Assembly: GCA_016783485.1 (NCBI GenBank) | Contig: JADHWM010000003.1 | Location: 1 to 59,314, forward strand | Reading direction: 5' to 3' | Source of the DNA: Candidatus Bathyarchaeota archaeon | Lineage (GTDB): Archaea > Thermoproteota > Bathyarchaeia > TCS64 | Length of the DNA: 59,314 nt | In this document: piece after piece, positions 38,285-47,384 of the stretch | How the letters are laid out: each line of letters starts with the position of its first letter | How positions within the stretch are numbered: the stretch's first letter is position 1 | Position numbers and translations under genes: made by a program | The notes under the pieces: generated by a model | Databases searched by the model: none | What the model was told of the DNA's origin: nothing | Seen by the model: only the letters and a program-made list of their open reading frames with translations

Positions 38285-38737
38285 CTACGCTGAGATCTTT
38301 GCCACGATCGCCTCGGTCAGTCTCTTCACATCATCGACCCTGAGCTCGAGCAGTCTATCCCTCGTGCCACCCCCGCAGTAGACCGTCTCGAAGCCAACGA
38401 GGGCCTCGTCTACGATGACCTTCATCGGGGTCTTATGGCCTATGGTTGGGGTCCCCCCGGGGGGGTAGCCGCTGATGGCCTCCGTCTCCGAGAAGGGCAT
38501 GAGCCTGACGTTCTTGGTGCCCAGGGCCTTGGCCGCAGCCTTGAGATCGACCCTACTGTCCCCGGGGACGACGAGGAGGGCGTATCCCCCTTCCCGGGTC
38601 TTGGAGACGAGGTTCTTGGTGATCCTGTGGAGGTCGATGCCCGTGGCCTTGGAGGCGTCCGCGGTGTGCACTGTCTCCGATTTCTCGATGAACCTGTGCC
38701 AGATCCCGTTCTCTTCCAGATAGGCCTCGAGATCCGT
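38285..38737 (-). CDS. YbaK/EbsC aminoacyl-tRNA deacylase family protein (apparent ACG start)
   Basis: KNLV, GYPPGGTPTIG and CGGG motifs. The frame extends upstream of GTG 38671 as xDLEAYLEENGIWHRFIEK. Confidence 0.88.
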   Translation of the reverse strand, partial: TDLEAYLEENGIWHRFIEKSETVHTADASKATGIDLHRITKNLVSKTREGGYALLVVPGDSRVDLKAAAKALGTKNVRLMPFSETEAISGYPPGGTPTIGHKTPMKVIVDEALVGFETVYCGGGTRDRLLELRVDDVKRLTEAIVAKISA

Positions 38738-38741
38738 GGGG

Positions 38742-39665
38742 CTACGCCTCCCTATGGATGGGGGCGGTCATGCAGTGGGGGCCTCCCCCTCCGATGCTGA
38801 GCTGGCTCCCGGGGATCCCGATGACGTCGAAGCCCCGTTCCTCGAGGATCCCCATGATCCTCTCGTTCCACTCGTAGCTGACGCACTTGCCCCCGCCAAG
38901 ACCCACGATGTTGGTCCCGAACATCCGGACCTCGGTGTCGTTGGCGTAGATGAGTTCCAGGCCCTTCCCCGTGAGGTAGTCCTCGAGGAACTGGAGCCTG
39001 ACGCCTTCGCCATCGTAGACGTAGCTGGGGAAGAGGCCGAGGCTGCCCTTATGGAACAGGGCGAGGTCGGGAGACATCACCATGAGGGCGCCGTCGAGGT
39101 GGACCCTGAAGCTGGGCAGGGGCACCGCCACGAACTCCTTCACCGCCTCCCCCAGCATCCTCTCCCTGACCTGCTCGACGCCCACCTCGTTGGAGCGGGT
39201 CCCGTAGCCCATCATCACCGTCTCCTCGTCGAGCCAGACGAAGTCGCCCCCCTCCACGAGACCGGGGGGCGTCACCTTTAGAGCAACTGGAATCCCAAGC
39301 TCCTCCATCGCCTTCTCGGTGAGGAGGGGCTCAGGAAACCGGGGCTGGTAGGTCATCCTGAGGATCATGGCCCCCAGGTTGTTAATGGCGATGACATCCC
39401 GGGTGTAGACGAGGTTGGGGAGCCTAACGGCGATCCGCCTGTGGTCCTCGTCGAGGAGGTCCCCCAAGAGGGCGACCTCGATCCCCTCCCCTTTGAGGGC
39501 ATCGGTGAAGGCGTCGTGCTCCCGCTGGAACTCCTTCCAGTAGACGACGTCCCTGAAGAGGTAGGCGTCCTTGTTTCCGGGCGTGATGAGCTTCAGCTCC
39601 TCTGTGGGGCGGTGCATCAGCACCTTCCTGAGCCTGCCGTACTCGGTCTGAGCGCCAAAATCCAT
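38742..39665 (-). CDS. Amidinotransferase/arginine deiminase superfamily protein
   Basis: EYGRLRKVLMHRP, YTRD, EGGD, HLD and GGPHCMT motifs. Confidence 0.92.
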   Translation of the reverse strand: MDFGAQTEYGRLRKVLMHRPTEELKLITPGNKDAYLFRDVVYWKEFQREHDAFTDALKGEGIEVALLGDLLDEDHRRIAVRLPNLVYTRDVIAINNLGAMILRMTYQPRFPEPLLTEKAMEELGIPVALKVTPPGLVEGGDFVWLDEETVMMGYGTRSNEVGVEQVRERMLGEAVKEFVAVPLPSFRVHLDGALMVMSPDLALFHKGSLGLFPSYVYDGEGVRLQFLEDYLTGKGLELIYANDTEVRMFGTNIVGLGGGKCVSYEWNERIMGILEERGFDVIGIPGSQLSIGGGGPHCMTAPIHREA

Positions 39666-39725
39666 TCCTGATCCCTAGGGTTAAGGATGGCGGGTGATTA
39701 AATCGTTTTCCAACAACCTCGACAT

Positions 39726-40050
39726 GAACAAAGGACGCGAGAAACGGCGACGAATCCTCGTCTCAAACTCGTCTTTGTTTCCGCTAATGTATCACTTTAC
39801 GTTCAAGGGGGGCCTCGTCACCGTTACCGGTGAAAAAGCCCGGGGAAAGACTTGAGGCGCCTCCACCGGGGGCTCGGGGGCGACATACTGGGGCTCCACG
39901 ACCCCCTGGGGTTCTATGAGCCCCCAGAAGCTGTCGCGGGTATCGGAGTATATCCCCCTAGTCTCGCCTAGGAATCCCCTGAAGTATAGGGGACCTGCGG
40001 AACCATCGGATCCGCGATGCCGTGAATCGTTTCTCCGTTCCTTTCTTTCG
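39726..40050 (+). ncRNA. Candidate structured non-coding RNA (about 325 nt), family not recognised, strand uncertain
   Basis: Terminal pairing 39730-46/40028-44, several GC-rich hairpins and a possible pseudoknot; ATTAAAT at 39697 and a pyrimidine tract at 40039-61. Confidence 0.5.
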
Positions 40051-40182
40051 TTCTTCCTTGTCAAAACGCCCACATCCATATTCAAACGAGTGTTTCAATA
40101 GGAAAAGGGATGTATAATATAAAGATATTGCTTGCATGCACAAACCTTTTTATACTTTTTAAATGAGTTTTAACATATTGCA

Positions 40183-40770
40183 ATGAAGGCTATGAAAGTC
40201 GTTAACGATCCTGAAGAGTTCCAGCTTTTAGCAGATGGCACCCGCAGAAAGATCATCTTCCTCCTGAGGGCCACCGAGATGACGGTCAGCCAGATCGCTT
40301 CAACCCTCGGGGTCACCCCCCAGGCGATCTACCACCACATCAAGAAGCTCCAGAACGCGGATCTGGTCATCGTGGAGCGAGAGGAGCGGGTGGGCCATCT
40401 CATCGAGAGCTACTACAGGGCCACCGCTGAGGCGTTCCTGTGCAGCGTCGGGGTCACCCCCAGCGGCAGGGAGTTCTTCGAGAAGCAGACCAAGACGACC
40501 CTCGACGCCCTCGTCAAGATCGGCTTCAAACTGGAGTACGACGAGGACGACATTCAGTCCCTCATCGAGAAACAGGACGAGCTCCTCAAATGCTGCAGCG
40601 AGAAGGACTTCGAGGAGAACCTGACGGACACTCTGGACGACCTCGACAACAACACTCTAGCGTTCGTCAAGGACTTTGGGAAGCTGCTTGCGATGACGGA
40701 TGAAGAATTCGAAAAGCATCAGCAGCTGAATAGAGAGTTCAGAGACGCGTTAAAGTCTCTGGAAAAATAA
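40183..40770 (+). CDS. ArsR-like HTH transcriptional regulator
   Basis: LADGTRRKI, TVSQIA..LGVTPQAIYHHIKKL and ESYY motifs. Confidence 0.88.
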   Translation: MKAMKVVNDPEEFQLLADGTRRKIIFLLRATEMTVSQIASTLGVTPQAIYHHIKKLQNADLVIVEREERVGHLIESYYRATAEAFLCSVGVTPSGREFFEKQTKTTLDALVKIGFKLEYDEDDIQSLIEKQDELLKCCSEKDFEENLTDTLDDLDNNTLAFVKDFGKLLAMTDEEFEKHQQLNREFRDALKSLEK

Positions 40771-40796
40771 GAAAAAATTTGTAACTCGGACTCAGC

Positions 40797-41591
40797 CTAG
40801 AGAGGCTTGAACGCCTCGACCTCGGCGCTGTACACGATACCCATGAAGCCCCTCTTGTCGACGATCCTCACGTTCTCGAAGCCAGCGCTCTTGATCTTCC
40901 CCGTGTATTCGTTAACGTCGAGGGCTCCCGAGACGCACGCGGCCCAGGCATCGGGGTCGTTCCTGATGGACTCGGGGAGCGCTCCGTCGGTTACGATGTC
41001 GGAGACCATGATCCTCCCCCCGGGCTTGAGCACCCTGTACGCCTCTCTGAAGACCTTGTCCTTGTCGGGGGCGAGGTTGATGACGCAGTTGCTGATGATT
41101 ACGTCGATGGTTCCATCCTCCACGGGGAGGTCCTCGATGTCCCCCTTCCTGAACTCGACGTTCTCGAATCCGAGCTCGTCGGCGTTCTTGGTCGCGAGGT
41201 CCAGCATCTCCTGGGTCATGTCGACGCCGATGGCCTTCCCGGTGGGCCCCACCCTCTTGGCGGCGATGAAGACGTCGATGCCTCCTCCGGAGCCCAGGTC
41301 CAGGACGACCTCGCCCTCCTTGAGGCCCGCTAGGGCCGTGGGGTTCCCGCATCCCGCGCTGGCCATCTGGGCTGCGTCCGGGAGGTCGCTGAGCTCGTCC
41401 AAGGCGTACCCGATCTTCTGGGCGTAGTCCCCGGCGGAGGTTGGCCCGCAGCATGAGGCCGCGCTGGGGGCGCAGCAACTCGCGGTCGTGCTGGGGGCGC
41501 AGCAGCTCACGATCGTGGTGGCTTGCGCCCTCTTGGCTACCTCCGAGTAGTGTTCTCTCACGTTTTCTTTGATCGTTTCGCTTTCAGGCAT
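40797..41591 (-). CDS. arsM: Arsenite S-adenosylmethyltransferase
   Basis: [25 protein letters not shown] and W.ACVSGAL motifs; N-terminal SCC repeats. Confidence 0.92.
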   Translation of the reverse strand: MPESETIKENVREHYSEVAKRAQATTIVSCCAPSTTASCCAPSAASCCGPTSAGDYAQKIGYALDELSDLPDAAQMASAGCGNPTALAGLKEGEVVLDLGSGGGIDVFIAAKRVGPTGKAIGVDMTQEMLDLATKNADELGFENVEFRKGDIEDLPVEDGTIDVIISNCVINLAPDKDKVFREAYRVLKPGGRIMVSDIVTDGALPESIRNDPDAWAACVSGALDVNEYTGKIKSAGFENVRIVDKRGFMGIVYSAEVEAFKPL

Positions 41592-41604
41592 TCAATCACC
41601 ATAT

Positions 41605-41660
41605 TATTGGATATCCGATAGTATTGTCGGGAATGATTTAAATGTATTGGTTCTCCAATA
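41605..41660. promoter_or_regulatory. Two TATTGG-N4-CCRATA operators flanking a bidirectional ATTTAAAT box
   Basis: TATTGGATATCCGATA (41605-20) and TATTGGTTCTCCAATA (41645-60) lie between the divergent arsM and padR genes. Confidence 0.7.
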
Positions 41661-41663
41661 TGA

Positions 41664-42029
41664 TTGACCATGTCCGAGGACTGCTGCGAGAGCACCAAGG
41701 CTCCCCCCAGCTGCTGCGACATGAGGGGGCTCCTCTCGTTCAGCATCCTCTGGCTCCTCACCAAGAGGGACATGTACGGCCAGGAGCTCGCCAACGAACT
41801 CGCCCAGCGTAGGGGCACACGACCCAACCCGGGCACGTTGTACCCTGCTCTCGCAGAGCTCGAGAAGAGAGGAAACGTGGAGACCCGGAGAGAGGGCCGG
41901 AAGAAGACCTACAGCCTCACCGAGCAGGGCAGAGAGAGCGCCAGGGTCTCCTGCGAATACTTTTGCAGGGCCTACGGGGAGATCTTCCAGGAGTACGGCT
42001 CCGAGCAGAAGGCCAATGTAGTGCCGTAG
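41664..42029 (+). CDS. PadR family regulator with Cys-rich N-terminus
   Basis: MYGQEL, PGTLYPAL..LE and RKKTYSLTEQG motifs; CC...CC at the N-terminus and CxxxC at the C-terminus. Confidence 0.9.
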   Translation: MTMSEDCCESTKAPPSCCDMRGLLSFSILWLLTKRDMYGQELANELAQRRGTRPNPGTLYPALAELEKRGNVETRREGRKKTYSLTEQGRESARVSCEYFCRAYGEIFQEYGSEQKANVVP

Positions 42030-42123
42030 GTCCGTAGCCTATAATTCTACGTTCCTTACTGAGGCCAGCGTCGGCTATCGGACAAGGCTTATCAGGAGTT
42101 CTGCGAAGACAATCAGGGTTACT

Positions 42124-42243
42124 ATGAGCGGACGCACAGTGACCTGCCCCTCCTGCGGCTACACCGCCAGAGTCAGAGCCAGATCCGGGAAGACAGAGCT
42201 CAGATGCCCCCAATGCCAGAAAGACTTCTCCATCTGGGCGTGA
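42124..42243 (+). CDS. Small zinc-ribbon protein (39 aa)
   Basis: MSGRTVTCPSCGYTARVRARSGKTELRCPQCQKDFSIWA, with two CPxC knuckles. Below the ORF-track cutoff. Confidence 0.65.
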   Translation: MSGRTVTCPSCGYTARVRARSGKTELRCPQCQKDFSIWA

Positions 42244-42373
42244 AAAGCACCAAGTCGCCCGGCATCCATGGATCTCCGTATTAACCATCTAAACAAGCGG
42301 TGTTTTTCACTTTCTGGCTGGGTTCCGTGAAAAACGTTTTCTGGGTGGTCCGGGAGACTGTAAGGCGGTCAAT

Positions 42374-43807
42374 TTGGTCGACTTACTGATCACTGGCGGT
42401 GTCGTCGTCACGATGGGCCTTGGTCGAAGGGTCATCGATGATGGAGGGGTCGCATTAGAGGGGAGCCACATTCTCGATGTGGACACCTCAGCCGAGCTGA
42501 CATCCCGATACAAGGCGAAGAGAGTCATCGATGCCACCCACAAGATCGTGATGCCCGGCCTCTTTGACGGCCACAGCCACGCGGGCCACGGCCTCCTCAA
42601 GAGCCTCGGCTATCACAACCAGCTCTGGTACAAGGCGTGCGAACAGATCTACGCTGAGGGCTCCCCCCCGGGGTTCTGGCGCGCCGAGGCTCTCCTCACC
42701 TCTCTGGAGCGCCTCAGGTTCGGGGTCACGTGCAGCCTCACCTTCCTAGGGGGCGGGGACAGCGTGATGAGGACCGACGACCCGGTCTACGGTGTGAGCC
42801 ACTGCGAGGCCGTAGAGGATGTGGGGATCAGAGAGTTCCTCGCTGTGGGCCCCCGGAGGCCCCCTTTCCCCCGGAAGTACTCCCGTTGGGACGGGGCGAC
42901 CAAGACGGATTTAATGGTCTCCTTCGAGGACCAGCTGGCGACGAGCAGGGCGCTCATCGAGGGCTGGGACGGAGGGGCCGACGGCAGGGTCCGGATCGCA
43001 ATGATGCTCCCCACGTCTCACCCCGAGCATGGAGGCTTCACAGGGGAGGAGCTCGAGGAGCTCAAGTACATGGCGGGGGCCGTCCGGAGGCTCTCCAAGG
43101 AGAAACGCGTTCTCTTCACCCAGGACGGCCACACCAAGGGCACCGTGAAGTTCGCCCACGAGGAGCTGGGCCTCCTAGGCCCCGACGCCCTCCTGAGCCA
43201 CTCCACCGACCTTACCGACGAGGAGATAGAGCTCTGCAGGAAGACCGGCACTCGGATAGTCCACAACCCCAGCGCCGTCGCCTCGATGACCGCCCGGTGC
43301 CCCGTCCCCGAGCTCCTCGACGCGGGGGTCACCGTGATGCTGGGCTCTGACGCCTCGGCCCCCGACAGGAGCTTCGACATGTTCCGCCACATGTTCCAAT
43401 GCATGAGGTACCACAGGCGCCACTACAGGGACGACAGGGTCCTCCCCCCGGGGAAGGTCCTGGAGATGGCGACCGTCGACGCCGCGAAGGCGATGGGCCT
43501 AGGGAATGAACTAGGCTCTCTGGAGCCCGGGAAGAGGGCCGACGTCATCCTGGTGGACGCCCGTAAGCCCCACATGTACCCCCTGAACATGGCTGCGGAT
43601 CGAGTCGCCTACTACGCCAACGGGAACGACGTGGACACGGTCATCGTGGACGGGGAGGTCCTCATGGAGGGCTGCGAGGTGAAGACCGTCGACGTCGACG
43701 AGGTCCTGGACCTGGCCCAGGAGGAGGCTGAGGCCATGATCGACAGGAACGGTCTCCGGCACCTCATGGACTACACCGAGGGGTACTGGGGCCGGAGCAG
43801 GTACTGA
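42374..43807 (+). CDS. Metal-dependent amidohydrolase (MTA/SAH-deaminase-like)
   Basis: MPGLFDGHSH, HNP, LGSD and GSLEPGKRAD motifs. Confidence 0.9.
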   Translation: MVDLLITGGVVVTMGLGRRVIDDGGVALEGSHILDVDTSAELTSRYKAKRVIDATHKIVMPGLFDGHSHAGHGLLKSLGYHNQLWYKACEQIYAEGSPPGFWRAEALLTSLERLRFGVTCSLTFLGGGDSVMRTDDPVYGVSHCEAVEDVGIREFLAVGPRRPPFPRKYSRWDGATKTDLMVSFEDQLATSRALIEGWDGGADGRVRIAMMLPTSHPEHGGFTGEELEELKYMAGAVRRLSKEKRVLFTQDGHTKGTVKFAHEELGLLGPDALLSHSTDLTDEEIELCRKTGTRIVHNPSAVASMTARCPVPELLDAGVTVMLGSDASAPDRSFDMFRHMFQCMRYHRRHYRDDRVLPPGKVLEMATVDAAKAMGLGNELGSLEPGKRADVILVDARKPHMYPLNMAADRVAYYANGNDVDTVIVDGEVLMEGCEVKTVDVDEVLDLAQEEAEAMIDRNGLRHLMDYTEGYWGRSRY

Positions 43808-43816
43808 GGTGAAGGG

Positions 43817-44332
43817 ATGGAGAAGACCCTGAGCTCACGGCTCCTACACGAGGGGGGGAACTTCGACTTCCTCGTCGACGAGGTGGAGCTCCCCAACGGC
43901 CACGTCACCCAGAGGGACATCGTCCGCCACCCCGGAGCAGTGGCCATCGTCCCAATACTCGGCGACGGTAGGGTCGCGCTCATCAGGCAGTTCCGATACG
44001 CAACCGGGAAGACGCTCCTCGAGATCCCCGCGGGGACCCTGGAGCGGGGGGAGCCGCCCCTAGAGTGCGCTGCGAGGGAGCTGAGGGAGGAGACCGGCTA
44101 CGAGGCCGAGGAGCTCGAACCCCTCCTCAGCTGCTTCATGGCCCCGGGATACAGCGACGAGGTGATCCATTTCTTCGTGGCGAGGGGCCTAAGGGCCGTG
44201 GGGGACGACCCCGAGATCGACGAGGAGATAACCCTGGAGCTCCACAGCCTCGAGGAGGTCCGGAGGATGATCGAGGAGAACGTCATCGAGGACGCCAAGA
44301 CCATCGTGGGCATTCTCTCCCTGAAAGGGTGA
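43817..44332 (+). CDS. NUDIX hydrolase (ADP-ribose pyrophosphatase-like)
   Basis: Nudix box GTLERGE...AARELREETGY; QFRY and DAKT motifs. Confidence 0.93.
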   Translation: MEKTLSSRLLHEGGNFDFLVDEVELPNGHVTQRDIVRHPGAVAIVPILGDGRVALIRQFRYATGKTLLEIPAGTLERGEPPLECAARELREETGYEAEELEPLLSCFMAPGYSDEVIHFFVARGLRAVGDDPEIDEEITLELHSLEEVRRMIEENVIEDAKTIVGILSLKG

Positions 44333-44461
44333 GCCATGGGGCGGCAGAACAGTATAGTGCCAAGGGAGTCCTCAGAGGGGCGAGCCATATGCTTCGACCA
44401 TTCCCTTTTATTCGTGTATAAACCAAGCCTTCCTGATCCAGAGAAAGGGGAGAACTGCGCT

Positions 44462-45574
44462 GTGAAGATCGGAGTCACATGTTATCCCACCGTGGGGGGC
44501 AGCGGCATCCTCGCGACCCGCCTCGGCGTCGAGTTCGCTAAGAGGGGCCACGAGGTCCACTTCGTCACCTACGAGAGGCCCGTGGCGATTCAGGGCGGCG
44601 ACCCCGAGAATGTCCACGTCCACCTCGTCTCCGTCCTCGAGTACCCCCTCTTCAAGTATCCCCCATACACCATCGCCCTCGCCTCGGAGATGTTCAGGGT
44701 CTCGGAGCAGCAGGACCTCGACGTACTCCACGTCCACTACTCGATCCCCCACTCCACGGCGGCCCACCTTGCCCGTCAGATGACCGGGGTCCCCTACGTG
44801 GTAACCCTCCACGGCTCCGACGTCACCATTCTCGGGAGCGATCCGTCGTACCTCCCGGTGAACACCCACACCATCGAGGAGGCGGACGCCGTCACCGCCG
44901 TCTCCCGGTTCATGGCCGACGAGGCCTACGCTAGGCTCGGGCTCAAGAAGAAGATCAGCGTCATCCCCAACTTCGTCGACGCCGACACCTTCGCTCCGAC
45001 CCCCTGCGATGAGACTGACTTACGCAACGGAAGGGACGTGGTGATAACCCATATCTCCAACTTCCGGCCGGTGAAACGGGTCCACGACCTCGTCTACGCG
45101 ATGAAGATGGTCTCGAGGAAGGCCCCGGGGGCCAGGCTCATGCTGGTGGGGGACGGCCCCGACAGGATCAGCGTCGAGAGGCTCGTGAAGCGCCTCGGTC
45201 TCGAGGAGCACGTGATGCTCACCGGGTTCAGGAGCGACGTCGCGAACGTGCTCAACTGCAGCGACGTGGTGGTCCTGTGCAGCGAGACTGAGAGCGCGCC
45301 CCTCACCCTCCTGGAGGGGATGAGCAGCGGGCTCCCCGTGGTCGCGACGAGGGTGGGCGGGATACCGGAGATCGTGGACGACGGGGTCAACGGATTCCTG
45401 GTGCAGTCGAAGAACCCCGAAGCGATAGCTGAAAGGATCTTGGATCTAAATGCAGACCCCAAGTTGAGGCGTCGCCTTGGGGAAGCGGCGAGGAAAACCG
45501 TCTTGGAGAGGTACACCGCCGAGAAGGTCGTGGGGCAGTACCTCGAGATCTACGAGAATGTGACCCGCGGTTAG
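44462..45574 (+). CDS. bshA: N-acetylglucosaminyl-L-malate synthase BshA (GT4)
   Basis: KIGVTCYPTVGGSG, YPLFKYPPY, HVHYSIPH, TLHGSD and HISNFRPVKR signatures; GTG start at 44462. Confidence 0.9.
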   Translation: MKIGVTCYPTVGGSGILATRLGVEFAKRGHEVHFVTYERPVAIQGGDPENVHVHLVSVLEYPLFKYPPYTIALASEMFRVSEQQDLDVLHVHYSIPHSTAAHLARQMTGVPYVVTLHGSDVTILGSDPSYLPVNTHTIEEADAVTAVSRFMADEAYARLGLKKKISVIPNFVDADTFAPTPCDETDLRNGRDVVITHISNFRPVKRVHDLVYAMKMVSRKAPGARLMLVGDGPDRISVERLVKRLGLEEHVMLTGFRSDVANVLNCSDVVVLCSETESAPLTLLEGMSSGLPVVATRVGGIPEIVDDGVNGFLVQSKNPEAIAERILDLNADPKLRRRLGEAARKTVLERYTAEKVVGQYLEIYENVTRG

Positions 45575-47325
45575 AGGTTTACGTAGAACATCGAAGAGTT
45601 CGGGGTGTTCTCGCTGTACTGGCGGAGGAAGACTCCCATGAGGTCCCCGACCCCGGCCACCGTCGCGACGTCGAGCCATGCCCAACTGACCTCCTGGCCG
45701 AAGCGCTCGGGGCTGAATTTGCCCAGGGCGGAGGACATGTAGAGTTCTATCTCCTGGGCCTGCGTCTGCTTTCTACGCATCTCCTGTATCAGCGTCTTCC
45801 TGTCCCCGGGTTTCCTCAGGCTACCCTTGATATCCTCGATCTCAGCCTTGAGCCCGGAGAGCGTGTCTTCGAGCATCCCCGCTGTCGCCTCGATGCATCC
45901 CCGGATGGCTATGTGGGCTCCCCTCAGCCCATCGGGGTCGCCAGAGTTCCTCGCCTCGACCCAGCTGCTCAGGGCTTCGAAGAGGCCGCCATCGGTGAGG
46001 CAGCAGCATCCCCGGGACATCAGGGTTTGGGCATAGCTGTCGTTCCAGGGAGTGTTGTAGAAGAGCCGGGTGTACCTCAAGAAGACCGGGAAGGGCAGGC
46101 TGAGGGCCCTGGCGCCGGGGATAACCTCGGCGTAGTAACTCGTCTCCCCAGGCCCCCCAACGTGGGCGAGCACCGGGACCACGGAGTCGACGATGATCTG
46201 GCGGGAGTCGACCCTCGGTGAGATGTTCTCTACGATATCGGTGAGGTCGGGGCTTCCGGCGTCGAAGGTGAACTCGTGGACCGCGCCGCACCGAGGGCAC
46301 TTCCCAGACACGCTGGCCGTGGCAGAGCCCGCCTCCCGACTGTATTTGAGTTCGACCCGGGACCCGTTGCATCCTGATGCCTGGCATTCGAGGAAGAAGG
46401 GGACATAATCGGGCTCCCTGAGGCCGATCCCAGCTCTGTGGCCTGAGGCCTCGACGAGTTCAGCCGCCAGGTTGGTCGCCTCGATGAATCTCTCCCGGTT
46501 GGTATCCACGAGTAGGAGCTCGTACCCCGACTGGAACAGCCTGCGGGAGCCGGGCATCGAGAAGGGCAGAATGGGGACTCCGAGGTCCGACTCCAAGTTG
46601 ATGAGGGTGCCGATGGTCTTGGTGGACCAGTCCGAAACGTTCTCAGTCGAGTAGTAGGCGCCCTTCAGAATGGTGATCGCGTGCTCCAGATTGAGGAGCT
46701 CCCTGTCCCTGACATGGGGGTCGGCGTCCCTGAGGAGGCCCTTGTAGTTTCCCCGTAGATTCTCCAGGGCCTTGACGAGCCAGGGCTCGGGGGGGTTGGG
46801 GAGCTCGTAGATGGGTACGCTCTCGTACTCGGGACCCGCGGGGTAGCTGAAGAGGAGGCCCCTGGGGGAGGGGCTGGGGACCCGGGTGTTGAGGAGCTCG
46901 GCCTGGACGCCGTCGTAGTCGGCGACGAAGAAGAGGGGGGCATAGCCCTCTCCGCCGAGGCCGCTCAGGCTGCTGATGTAGGCGATCTTGTTGAGGATGA
47001 GGCTGGATCCCCCGAGGGCGTAGGGCTGCTGCCCCGTCTCGATGGCTCCCCGGTCGAGGCGGTCGATGTTCTCGGAGGCCTTCGAGGTGAGGACTCCGAG
47101 CCCCCTCATGTTGGCCTTCATCGACTTCTTGAGGTCCTCGATCTCGTCGGGAGCTGAACCGTACGCCTCCCTGATCCCCCCCAAGAGCTTATAGGCCTCC
47201 CCCATGGTGGCGGGTATGCGCCCCCAGAGCTCCGTCGCCGTCTCCCCCCGGGACCCGCTCTCAACATAGTCCGTGTAGAGCCTGTGAGCGGGGGGGCTGC
47301 TCTCTTGCTGCGTCAAATCGACCAC
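45571..47325 (-). CDS. bshC: Bacillithiol biosynthesis BshC-like protein (divergent)
   Basis: TGQQP..GG...K, PLFFVADYD and P.V..R...PVLAHVGGPGETSYY motifs, plus a C-terminal coiled coil ending in ER; adjacent to bshA. Confidence 0.75.
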   Translation of the reverse strand: MVDLTQQESSPPAHRLYTDYVESGSRGETATELWGRIPATMGEAYKLLGGIREAYGSAPDEIEDLKKSMKANMRGLGVLTSKASENIDRLDRGAIETGQQPYALGGSSLILNKIAYISSLSGLGGEGYAPLFFVADYDGVQAELLNTRVPSPSPRGLLFSYPAGPEYESVPIYELPNPPEPWLVKALENLRGNYKGLLRDADPHVRDRELLNLEHAITILKGAYYSTENVSDWSTKTIGTLINLESDLGVPILPFSMPGSRRLFQSGYELLLVDTNRERFIEATNLAAELVEASGHRAGIGLREPDYVPFFLECQASGCNGSRVELKYSREAGSATASVSGKCPRCGAVHEFTFDAGSPDLTDIVENISPRVDSRQIIVDSVVPVLAHVGGPGETSYYAEVIPGARALSLPFPVFLRYTRLFYNTPWNDSYAQTLMSRGCCCLTDGGLFEALSSWVEARNSGDPDGLRGAHIAIRGCIEATAGMLEDTLSGLKAEIEDIKGSLRKPGDRKTLIQEMRRKQTQAQEIELYMSSALGKFSPERFGQEVSWAWLDVATVAGVGDLMGVFLRQYSENTPNSSMFYVNL

Positions 47326-47384
47326 AAATCTAGTGCTGACGGCTGATCATCCCTTCCCGGCCTAAAAATCCTTGTGGAGGAGGA

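Noticed and set aside
44336-44461. 42-aa N-terminal extension of BshA
   Set aside because: The family N-terminus begins at GTG 44462, and a TATAAA box and GGAG SD lie within the supposed extension.
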